From a virus (lineage: Duplodnaviria; Caudoviricetes), in IMG/VR virus record IMGVR_UViG_3300012347_000088, positions 1 to 40,583 of that record: 40,583 nucleotides of DNA, one strand, 5' to 3'. Below, in pieces: positions 24,877 to 33,406 of this stretch. Under the pieces are notes generated by a model that saw only the letters and a program-made list of their open reading frames with translations, did not search any database and had not been told where the DNA came from. The position numbers and the translations under genes were made by a program. How positions within the stretch are numbered: position 1 is the stretch's first letter; the number at the start of each line of letters is the position of its first letter.

Positions 24877-25033
24877 TAACGATCTTAAAATAGGAGCTAT
24901 AAACGCAATAACAATGGCAATAAGCTTTACAAACGTAGAAAGCATATTAAAAATAATCTTATTAATAGTGTCTATAGCATATACTATGCTAAAGACATAC
25001 GAAATAATTAAGAATAAAAAAAACATTGACTAA
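24869..25033 (+). CDS. Holin-like membrane protein
   Basis: Hydrophobic helix with basic C-terminus, adjacent to the endolysin; start MSNNDL. Confidence 0.55.
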   Translation: MSNNDLKIGAINAITMAISFTNVESILKIILLIVSIAYTMLKTYEIIKNKKNID

Positions 25034-25035
25034 GG

Positions 25036-25497
25036 ATGCAATTGTCTAAGAATCTTACGCTAGCAGAGATGACTAGAAGCGAATCTGCTAAAAGAGCCGG
25101 AATAAGCAACGCCCCAACAAAGCAGCATATTGAAAATATGAAGTTATTAGCTACTAATGTGTTTCAACCCGTTAGAGATTACCTTAAAAGACCGATACAC
25201 CTATCTTCAGGATACAGAAGTTCTGAATTAAACGCATCTATTAAAGGAGCTAGCAAGACAAGCCAACATTCATTAGGAGAGGCAATGGATATAGATATGG
25301 ACGGTACAGAGATAACAAACGCTCAAGTATTTAATTATATAAAAGACAACCTTAACTTTGATCAGTTAATATGGGAATTTGGTACAGATAAAAACCCAAG
25401 CTGGGTTCACGTATCTTTTAAATCAAATGGCAAACAAAGAAAACAAATACTTAAAGCAATCAAAAAAAATGGCAAGACTACTTATAGTATTTATTAG
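25036..25497 (+). CDS. Peptidase M15A endolysin
   Basis: SSGYRS, SQHSLGEAMD, DQLIWE, WVHVS zinc-peptidase motifs. Confidence 0.9.
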   Translation: MQLSKNLTLAEMTRSESAKRAGISNAPTKQHIENMKLLATNVFQPVRDYLKRPIHLSSGYRSSELNASIKGASKTSQHSLGEAMDIDMDGTEITNAQVFNYIKDNLNFDQLIWEFGTDKNPSWVHVSFKSNGKQRKQILKAIKKNGKTTYSIY

Positions 25498-25933
25498 CGT
25501 ATTATTACTACAATCTTGTGCTTCAAGAAAGGTCGACGTATCAAAACTTGAAGAAAATACAAAAGTTGATAGTTCTGTTGTGACAAAAACCGACAGTACA
25601 GCTGTAACTCAAAATAACATTACTGTAACCGAAACCACAGAAGAGTTAGAAGTAAAACCCATAGTAGATAGCTTGCCAATAGTAGTAAACGGAATAAGCT
25701 ATAAAAATGCCGTTCTGCGATATAAAAAACAAAAAAAGACATCAGAAGACATCTCTAAAAAAACAGAGTCTAAGAACGTCTTAAAAAAAGAATTAAAAAC
25801 TAAAACAGAAGTAAAGAAAACAAAGGAAAAGGTTGTAGATAAAAAAGCTAACTATTTTATTTATTTGTGGCTACTTATAATTCCCATCGGAATTATTGTG
25901 TACAGAGAAATAAAGAAAAAAATATTCTTATAA
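25469..25933 (+). CDS. Putative unimolecular spanin
   Basis: N-terminal lipobox LLQSC plus C-terminal TM helix, overlapping the endolysin. Confidence 0.7.
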   Translation: MARLLIVFISVLLLQSCASRKVDVSKLEENTKVDSSVVTKTDSTAVTQNNITVTETTEELEVKPIVDSLPIVVNGISYKNAVLRYKKQKKTSEDISKKTESKNVLKKELKTKTEVKKTKEKVVDKKANYFIYLWLLIIPIGIIVYREIKKKIFL

Positions 25934-26067
25934 TGGCTAAGCAGATAGAATCAAACAAGAAGGAGTCTAAGAAGATTAACAGACCTGGAGTTCATGCCAA
26001 GTCTAAAACTTCAAAACTAAAGTCAAGTAAAAATTACGTGAAGAAAAATCGCGGACAAGGAAAGTAA
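25933..26067 (+). CDS. Small basic protein
   Basis: RPGVHAKSK...KNRGQGK, 44 aa. Confidence 0.65.
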   Translation: MAKQIESNKKESKKINRPGVHAKSKTSKLKSSKNYVKKNRGQGK

Positions 26068-26068
26068 T

Positions 26069-27598
26069 ATGACAAAAATAAGTACATATACATTAGACGA
26101 AAAGATAACCGCACTTGATAAGTGGATTGGATCTGATGTAAATAATCAGAACAGAACTAAGAACTTTACACCTAAAAAACTAGCTGAATACTTTAATGAT
26201 AATCAGGTAATAAATATAGGGGTTCCAATACAGTATACGTACTATACTTTAGATCCGTTAGAGCAAAGACCAAACGGAACGTTAACATTTAATCCAGAGA
26301 TTGGACCTACAGTTAATTTTTCTGCTATAACAACATTCTTACTTAGTAAGTATACAACAAAACAAAATGACGTATCTGAGTATTTAAATTTTTTAAATGG
26401 AACTGAGATATTATTATTTAAATCAAAAGATATAAACTCATTTGGTTACTATAAGGTAACCGATGTTGCAATATACGATGAAGAGCCTAATTTTTTCTTA
26501 ATAACCGTAGAGTATAGAGAAGGAAACGGATACATGGAGGAGGACGAGGACTACATGGTATCTCTTCTTAGTGCTTATTCACCGGTTGATGGTACTAGTG
26601 GTACTTCAGGATCTAGCGGGTCATCAGGAAGTTCTGGGACTAGCGGATCAAGTGGTACAGATGGATCTGCTGGAACTTCAGGCTCTAGTGGTACAACAGG
26701 TACGTCAGGTACTGACGGAAGTAATGGAACGAGCGGAACGTCTGCAACTAGCGGTAGTAGCGGTACATCTGCAACAGACGGTACAGGAGGATCTTCTGGT
26801 ACGTCAGGTAGCTCGGGAACTAGTGGAACAAACGGAACAAACGGAACGTCTGGTATAGATGGAACATCAGGTATAGACGGAACTAGCGGATCAAGCGGAA
26901 GCTCTGGTACAGATGGAACTGGAGGGTCTTCAGGGACAAGTGGTACTACAGGAACCAGTGGTACAGATGGTACTAGTGGTAGCTCAGGTTCTAATGGAAG
27001 TTCTGGTACAGCAGGAAGCAATGGATCTTCAGGAACTTCAGGGTCTGGAGGATCTAGTGGTACAGCAGGTACGTCTGGTATTAATGGTACTTCTGGTACA
27101 AGTTCTACTATAGATCCATTAATTGAAATTGAAATAAATGGTATACAGAATCAAATAAATAAAACATTTACATTATCGTCAGCTTTATCTGAAAATAGTA
27201 CACATCAATTATTTTTAAATGGACAACTTTTAAAATACACGATTGATTATACTATATCATATACAACTTTAACGTTTTCAAATAGTAGATTAGCACCGTA
27301 TTCTAGTGATATAATAACACTATTTGGTAGTATAGGTGTAGGTAATTTAAATAATATAGAAACCTTTGAAACAGTATCTAAAAACCTAAAGTCATACCCA
27401 TATACTCTAAACTATACAATTGGTAAACTCACAAGTATAGTCTATACTCTACCTAGTGGTACAATTACAAAAACTTTAAACTATACAGGAGAATTACTTA
27501 CAAGTATTGTATTAAGCGGTGCAACACCTAGCGGGATTAACCTTACTAAAACACTTACTTATACAGGGGATACTTTAACAAATATAATTTACTTATAA
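26069..27598 (+). CDS. Putative virion fibre protein with Gly-X-Y Ser/Thr repeat
   Basis: About 170-aa GTS/GSS tract; C-terminal LNYT.G.LTSIV repeats. Confidence 0.75.
   Translation: MTKISTYTLDEKITALDKWIGSDVNNQNRTKNFTPKKLAEYFNDNQVINIGVPIQYTYYTLDPLEQRPNGTLTFNPEIGPTVNFSAITTFLLSKYTTKQNDVSEYLNFLNGTEILLFKSKDINSFGYYKVTDVAIYDEEPNFFLITVEYREGNGYMEEDEDYMVSLLSAYSPVDGTSGTSGSSGSSGSSGTSGSSGTDGSAGTSGSSGTTGTSGTDGSNGTSGTSATSGSSGTSATDGTGGSSGTSGSSGTSGTNGTNGTSGIDGTSGIDGTSGSSGSSGTDGTGGSSGTSGTTGTSGTDGTSGSSGSNGSSGTAGSNGSSGTSGSGGSSGTAGTSGINGTSGTSSTIDPLIEIEINGIQNQINKTFTLSSALSENSTHQLFLNGQLLKYTIDYTISYTTLTFSNSRLAPYSSDIITLFGSIGVGNLNNIETFETVSKNLKSYPYTLNYTIGKLTSIVYTLPSGTITKTLNYTGELLTSIVLSGATPSGINLTKTLTYTGDTLTNIIYL
26591..27108 (+). 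repeat. Coding Gly-X-Y (GTS/GSS/GTD) repeat tract
   Basis: Gly at nearly every third residue, no Pro, diversified codons. Confidence 0.9.
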
Positions 27599-27600
27599 AT

Positions 27601-29802
27601 ATGGCTTGGACATACAATAATACAACATTCGTTTTACAATCAACAGGAGCAACAGAAGCAAGTCCTGATAGCTTACTTGCTGGAATAGCAATAGTACAAG
27701 CGGCAGATGCAACAAGGGGGTATAGGAACGTAAATAGTGGATGGTTGAATAACGTCAGAATTGAGTATGCTGGCTCTTGGATTATATTTGACGACTTTAG
27801 CCAAATTACATTTTACGGTTCTACATTTTTACCTGAAAGTACAGGAGGGTGGATTGGTGGAGCAGTGGCGGTACTAGATATTAGAGTAACAACGGGCAGG
27901 ACAGATGCTGCTGCCGGAGTAGGTACTGGCGGTTCAATCATAACAAGAAAATTAAGACCACAAGACCCCGACTTTACTATTCTATATAATCAAGCGGTAC
28001 GTTATGACTTCCCGACAATTTTATTAAACAGAACTCCTAATAAAATTGACATTGACGGACTATCTCTTTATGGAAATACTGGTAGTGCATTTTGGAAGCT
28101 ATATTTTGGTAGAGCAACAAACTTTGTTAAAGCAAAAGGTCTTAAAAAGTTTGGCCCAGCTGGTGGTATACAATATGCACTTGCTACTTACGATGACCTT
28201 TATAATGAAAGTCAGTCAATGGAAGGAGAAGGAACTAATACAGATGTAATTTTTAATAGACCTATATTCTACAGAGCATCTCCTTTTGGTATAGGAGGTT
28301 CTATTCGTGGTGGTAGGGTAGCAATGAACAACCCGACATTTTTAAATAATGCTTGGAATAAAACAATAAGTTTTGCATCAGATAGAAATGCAGGAAGTAT
28401 ATTTTCAGGGGCGTATGATTTTAGAAGTTTTATTAAGTCTGGACTTACTAACCTACAAGGTGTAAATATTAGATTTACAAGAGCAAGACAAAGCCTAATA
28501 GGTACATCGACTTGGACTGCTCCTAATGATACTTTAACAGCTACAACAGATGTAAATGGTACTTTTACTGCTGTTAGATTATTTGATTGGTATAGTGCAG
28601 GAACTACTACGACATCTATTGAGTTTTTTAACTGGACTTTAAAGGCTCGTAAATACGATAAAAAAACACCTGCTGAAAATGTATTCAACAATCGTGTACT
28701 ATATCAACATTCGGTAAATATGAGTGCAGGGTATAGTGAAGAAATACAAATGCTAGATGTCCCTTTCATAACTCTAACAGAAACACAAGCATTAGCATTA
28801 ACAGGAATTACTTTTGCTCCGAGTGGTGCAACAGGTGGAACAATTACTAATGCTGAAAATAAAACCGTTGCTGAACTGTGGCAATCGTATAGAGCTTGGA
28901 TTTCACAAACTGCCAACTTCGGAAGTGAAGATACTTGGACTTTCGATGGTGTGACTTTAAATACAGGTTCTTGGAATGTGGTAAACAATGCGATCATAAC
29001 AGGTAGTGTAAGAACAACAGGAACGGTTACAGGTACAGGTAGTGCAACAGGTACAGTTACAGATAGCACAGGTACAAACGTGGTTATTAGAACAAGCGAC
29101 AATTTAGCCTTATCAACTGAAATACTTATTGATGGTGTTCCGCAAGGCTGGGTAGTTGAAAATGCAGCAAGAACAATTAAAGTACAATCTAATACAATCG
29201 TTCGAATCTATGCTCACGCATACGGATACCAACCTAAAATTATTAATGTAACAGGAAACACAGCAAGTGATTATATCATTTCATTAGTGCCTGAAACAAA
29301 TGTAAATACAGCTTTAAGTTCAGCTACTAGAGATACTATTGCGGCTGCTTTTGCAGTTGGTGTAGATGGTTTTAGTAGGTTGTTTCTATCGGTTAATACC
29401 GACCTTAGACAATATTCTCCTGCTGATACAATGAATGCTTTGCACTATTTTACAGTAACACAAGGTTCAATGATTGCTTTAGCTGCGATTAGTGCTAATA
29501 GTGTAGATGGCTTTGCTCTTATAGACGGAGGATTTGTGATAAGAAGTGCAGGATTTTACGGAAAAGTTGCTGATAGTGTTACAACTCCAACGGCTCTCGG
29601 AATACTAGTACCTCTCTACATACAAGTAGACCCGAGTGTATATGTGGCAATGCCTACCTATACACCTGTTGAACTTAACACTAGTGGTTTAGTGCTTCAA
29701 TACGCTCCATGGACACAACAAACGGATTTAAGTTTGGTTGCTAAAGAAGCTACTTTAAACAAAGTGAAAGGGAATACAGATTTAATACCAGCAACTCTAT
29801 AA
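27601..29802 (+). CDS. Beta-rich putative virion/receptor-binding protein
   Basis: 733 aa T/G/A/N-rich, located between fibre genes. Confidence 0.6.
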   Translation: MAWTYNNTTFVLQSTGATEASPDSLLAGIAIVQAADATRGYRNVNSGWLNNVRIEYAGSWIIFDDFSQITFYGSTFLPESTGGWIGGAVAVLDIRVTTGRTDAAAGVGTGGSIITRKLRPQDPDFTILYNQAVRYDFPTILLNRTPNKIDIDGLSLYGNTGSAFWKLYFGRATNFVKAKGLKKFGPAGGIQYALATYDDLYNESQSMEGEGTNTDVIFNRPIFYRASPFGIGGSIRGGRVAMNNPTFLNNAWNKTISFASDRNAGSIFSGAYDFRSFIKSGLTNLQGVNIRFTRARQSLIGTSTWTAPNDTLTATTDVNGTFTAVRLFDWYSAGTTTTSIEFFNWTLKARKYDKKTPAENVFNNRVLYQHSVNMSAGYSEEIQMLDVPFITLTETQALALTGITFAPSGATGGTITNAENKTVAELWQSYRAWISQTANFGSEDTWTFDGVTLNTGSWNVVNNAIITGSVRTTGTVTGTGSATGTVTDSTGTNVVIRTSDNLALSTEILIDGVPQGWVVENAARTIKVQSNTIVRIYAHAYGYQPKIINVTGNTASDYIISLVPETNVNTALSSATRDTIAAAFAVGVDGFSRLFLSVNTDLRQYSPADTMNALHYFTVTQGSMIALAAISANSVDGFALIDGGFVIRSAGFYGKVADSVTTPTALGILVPLYIQVDPSVYVAMPTYTPVELNTSGLVLQYAPWTQQTDLSLVAKEATLNKVKGNTDLIPATL

Positions 29803-29814
29803 TAAAAATAAAAT

Positions 29815-31650
29815 ATGAATACTAATAGAATAGATTTTTATTCTCAAATTAAAGGTGTTAGTATTAACACTCCTTGTAAAGTAGCAACTGTTACACCAAT
29901 AACACTTATTGGTTTACAAGTGATTGATGGTGTAACATTGTTTATTGGTGATAGAATTCTTGTAAAAAATCAATTAGTTGCTTCTGATAATGGTATTTAT
30001 ACAATTTCAGAAACTAATTGGATTAGGTCAATTGATGCATCTATATCTGATGATTTTATTAATGGTACGCAAGTTTACGTAACTTCTGGAACAATTAATA
30101 GTGGTAAAACGTATATTTTAAATATATCGGAAAATTTTATATTAGATAATAGTTCTATTAATTATATACTTAATCCATCTGGTACATCAGGCACAAGTGG
30201 AACTACAGGAAGTAGTGGATCAAACGGAACTTCTGGAACAACAGGAACTTCTGGCAGTTCAGGAACCAGTGGTATAAATGGTACTAGTGGAACAACTGGG
30301 ACATCTGGTAGCAGTGGAACTTCTGGCATCAATGGGACTAATGGTACGTCTGGTAGTAGTGGTGTGAATGGAACCTCTGGTGTCAATGGTACAAGCGGAA
30401 CTTCTGGATCAGGAGCTAGTGGTACTAGTGGTACAAGTGGTACAACACCAACAAGTGTTCCTTGGAGTAATGTAACCAGTAAACCACAAGCTTGGTTAGA
30501 TTCTGCTAATTTAATTGCAGATAACTCTCCAAATACAGCAGTCCCAAGTGGTTTCTATCAAAACATGAATGGGTCTGGAAATCCAACAGGCACTTGGATG
30601 AATTACATAAATGTTAGACATAGTAATACAGGTAGCGTACATGGTTATCAGTTAGGTATGTCTTATTATGATAACAACTTATGGTTTAGAAGTTATCAAG
30701 GTGGTGGAACATACCAATCATGGGCAATGGCCTTAAGTACTCAAAACTACTCAGGCTATTCTAACTTTAGTGGAGCTGTATATGGAACTATTTACTATGA
30801 TGCAAACAACACTGGATATTATATAGACCCAGCTAGTACTAGTAACATGAATGCTATTTCTGCTGGTGGTTACATATTTTCAGGAAACTACATAGAATCA
30901 GCAGGAGCTATATATGGTACCATATTTTATGATAACAACAATAGAAGTTATTATTGTGATCCGCATTCAACAAGTTTTTTTGCTGGATTACAAGCAAACT
31001 CAAATATACAATCTCCTATTTTTTATGATTATAATAATACTGGATACTATTTAGACCCAGCTTCTTCAAGTAGTTTACTTAATGTTTATGTATCAAACCT
31101 TACAGCTAGTTCAATTGTATACTCTTCAGCAACTGGTGGGTTTGCAAGTTCTACTTATGCTGTTGGTCAAAGAAATCCAATATGGAGATTTGCTAATGCA
31201 GATGGGTATGGGTTAAGTTACTTTCAAGGGACTGCTGGAGATGCTAGTCAAGACACTATAGGATTTCATTTTGGAACAGCAACTGCTGCTGGATCTCAAT
31301 TTAAGATGAGAGGTGATGGAGTATTTTTTGCTTCTAATGATATTATAGCATTTAGCTCTTCTGACAAACAATTAAAAGATAATATTCAACCTATAAAAAA
31401 TGCTCTAGAAAAATTAAAACAAATAGGTGGATATACATTTGATTGGAATGATAAGCAGGGAGTACATGCTGGTCATGATGTAGGAGTTATTGCTCAAGAG
31501 ATTGAAGCTGTATTACCAGAAGTTGTTACAACAAGAGATACAGGGTTTAAAGCTGTTAAGTACGAAAAAATTGTACCTTTGCTCATAGAAGCAATAAAAG
31601 AACAACAAACACAAATAGAAGAATTAAAACAACTAATAAAAAATAAATAA
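29815..31650 (+). CDS. Tail fibre with Gly-X-Y Ser/Thr repeat and C-terminal peptidase S74 chaperone
   Basis: IDGV...GDRILVKNQ...NGIY domain; YYD.NNTGYY.DP repeats; SSDKQLKDNI...GVIAQEIE...LIEAIKE coiled coil. Confidence 0.88.
   Translation: MNTNRIDFYSQIKGVSINTPCKVATVTPITLIGLQVIDGVTLFIGDRILVKNQLVASDNGIYTISETNWIRSIDASISDDFINGTQVYVTSGTINSGKTYILNISENFILDNSSINYILNPSGTSGTSGTTGSSGSNGTSGTTGTSGSSGTSGINGTSGTTGTSGSSGTSGINGTNGTSGSSGVNGTSGVNGTSGTSGSGASGTSGTSGTTPTSVPWSNVTSKPQAWLDSANLIADNSPNTAVPSGFYQNMNGSGNPTGTWMNYINVRHSNTGSVHGYQLGMSYYDNNLWFRSYQGGGTYQSWAMALSTQNYSGYSNFSGAVYGTIYYDANNTGYYIDPASTSNMNAISAGGYIFSGNYIESAGAIYGTIFYDNNNRSYYCDPHSTSFFAGLQANSNIQSPIFYDYNNTGYYLDPASSSSLLNVYVSNLTASSIVYSSATGGFASSTYAVGQRNPIWRFANADGYGLSYFQGTAGDASQDTIGFHFGTATAAGSQFKMRGDGVFFASNDIIAFSSSDKQLKDNIQPIKNALEKLKQIGGYTFDWNDKQGVHAGHDVGVIAQEIEAVLPEVVTTRDTGFKAVKYEKIVPLLIEAIKEQQTQIEELKQLIKNK
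30178..30447 (+). repeat. Coding Gly-X-Y (GTS/GSS/GIN) repeat tract
   Basis: About 90 aa with the same pattern as 26591-27108. Confidence 0.9.
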
Positions 31651-32018
31651 TGGCAATTACATTCACATTCTTAACAGATGATACAATGAAACTGGAGATA
31701 GCTCCAGTATTGGGAGAATTAACAGACGTAGTAACACGAGTTAGATATAACTATATTGGTGTAGACGAAAATGATATAGAAGGAACATTTGTAGGGGCAA
31801 CTCCTATGCCTCTTCCTACAGATACGGAAAACTATATTCCTTTTGCACAATTACAACCAGAAAATGTTGTAGCTTGGTTAGAGGCTGTTTCTGATAAAAA
31901 CCATATGCAAGAACGTATTACAAAACAGATTGAAGCTCAAATAGCTCCTAAGTATGAACCTGTACCTTCTCCTTGGGCACCAACAACAACTAGTACTAGC
32001 ACTTTACCAATAGAATAA
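31650..32018 (+). CDS. Tail-fibre-associated protein
   Basis: 122 aa with YIPFAQL..E.VVAWLE; TAATG-coupled to the fibre gene. Confidence 0.65.
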   Translation: MAITFTFLTDDTMKLEIAPVLGELTDVVTRVRYNYIGVDENDIEGTFVGATPMPLPTDTENYIPFAQLQPENVVAWLEAVSDKNHMQERITKQIEAQIAPKYEPVPSPWAPTTTSTSTLPIE

Positions 32019-32021
32019 ACC

Positions 32022-32414
32022 ATGGCATTACCAACTTCAGGACCTCTATCTATAAGTATGATTCGTACAGCATTAGGAAGTTCTAGTGGGTCACTTAGAG
32101 CACTAAGTGCATTGGCTGGATTTTCTACACCTGATGCTATATCTGAATTTTATGGATATAGTCCACCAGCATCATGTTACAATGCTGCTCTTGGATTTAA
32201 TAGAACAAATTACACTACAGCTTGTTCAAATTATAATTTTGGAATTTTCACAGGAGTAGGAGTAGTCGGAACTGCACTTTCAAATGCCACCAGTTTAAAA
32301 AGAGCAGATTGTAGTAATACAATTCTTGCTTCAGTTGGGTTTTATTCTGATGGTGTAATAGTTAGGTATTGGACTGGATCTGCATTTACTACACAATTTG
32401 ATTGTAATGTATAA
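32022..32414 (+). CDS. Putative distal fibre/tip protein
   Basis: MALPTSGPLSISMI...ISEFYG N-terminus with Cys-containing C-terminus. Confidence 0.6.
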   Translation: MALPTSGPLSISMIRTALGSSSGSLRALSALAGFSTPDAISEFYGYSPPASCYNAALGFNRTNYTTACSNYNFGIFTGVGVVGTALSNATSLKRADCSNTILASVGFYSDGVIVRYWTGSAFTTQFDCNV

Positions 32415-32453
32415 ATAAAAAGTATTATATTTGTATTCTAAATCAACAATATT

Positions 32454-32636
32454 ATGGAAAACATGACTCCAAATGATGCACTTGGTGTATTGATCCAAGC
32501 TGCTAACGATGCTCAATTAAAAGGAGCATTTACATTACAACAAGCTGTGTTGATAGCTAAAGCTATTGAGGTGATAACAACACCACCAGATCAGAGACCA
32601 GAAGGTCCTATGAAAAAGAATGTTGTAAATGCATAA
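32454..32636 (+). CDS. Small hypothetical protein
   Basis: 60 aa after TATATTTG at 32426. Confidence 0.65.
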   Translation: MENMTPNDALGVLIQAANDAQLKGAFTLQQAVLIAKAIEVITTPPDQRPEGPMKKNVVNA

Positions 32637-32639
32637 AAT

Positions 32640-32668
32640 AAAAGCTCCTAATTAAGGAGCTTTTTTAT
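32640..32668. terminator. Bidirectional intrinsic terminator
   Basis: AAAAGCTCCT-AATTA-AGGAGCTTTT between convergent genes. Confidence 0.85.
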
Positions 32669-33406
32669 TTACATTAACTTTTTATTAATAGCATCTTCTC
32701 TTGAAATAAATCCTAACTCATGCATATGATTCTTTATATATCTTCGTTCTATACCTGTTAATAGTTCTGCTTCTCTAAAAGATTTATAAATATAAAATTC
32801 ACCATTTATAAATCTATACAGTTCTATTCTCTTAGGACTACTGTTTCTTAATATTTCTTTTTTGTCATCAGTTGTTATCCTACCTTTAGCAGCAATTGAT
32901 AGTTTTAATTTATGTTGTTCTGATAACTTTTTACCATACCAATAATTATTACTACCTGTTAAACTTTTAGAAATTTTTACTTTTACATTATCTGGCATTT
33001 TTCTACCTATAGCTTTTTGTGATATAATTTGTATTGTTTTTTGTGAATGATGTTTTCCATAAAATGCATTCAATTGCCCTTTTGCATTTTTTGACATACT
33101 ATATCTTCTTTCTTCACTTATTTGTATATTTAATGTTCCATCTCCACCATCAGTCATATTACATAAAATACCAGTATTCAAATTTCTTCTTCCATATAGT
33201 TTTATAAATTCAATTTCTTTCAAGCATGCATCATCCCAAGTTAAATTATCAAATAATATCTCTACTTCATAATCAGTAATATTTATGATATTATGCCAAT
33301 GATTGTTTCTATTCTTTTTTGAATGTGCTCTTTTTATAGTTTTACCAATTCCAATATAAAACGGTTCATTCTTATCTAATCTGATATGTCTATAAACACA
33401 TGCCAT
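32669..33406 (-). CDS. GIY-YIG-like / NUMOD3 homing endonuclease
   Basis: VYRH...FYIGIG; NMTDGGDG; N.FYGKHHS and WYGKKLSEQHK repeats. Confidence 0.82.
   Translation of the reverse strand: MACVYRHIRLDKNEPFYIGIGKTIKRAHSKKNRNNHWHNIINITDYEVEILFDNLTWDDACLKEIEFIKLYGRRNLNTGILCNMTDGGDGTLNIQISEERRYSMSKNAKGQLNAFYGKHHSQKTIQIISQKAIGRKMPDNVKVKISKSLTGSNNYWYGKKLSEQHKLKLSIAAKGRITTDDKKEILRNSSPKRIELYRFINGEFYIYKSFREAELLTGIERRYIKNHMHELGFISREDAINKKLM

Noticed and set aside
26571-27113. Alternative-frame and antisense ORFs (VPL/VPE repeats; also 30162..30386)
   Set aside because: Shadows of the Gly/Ser/Thr codon repeats
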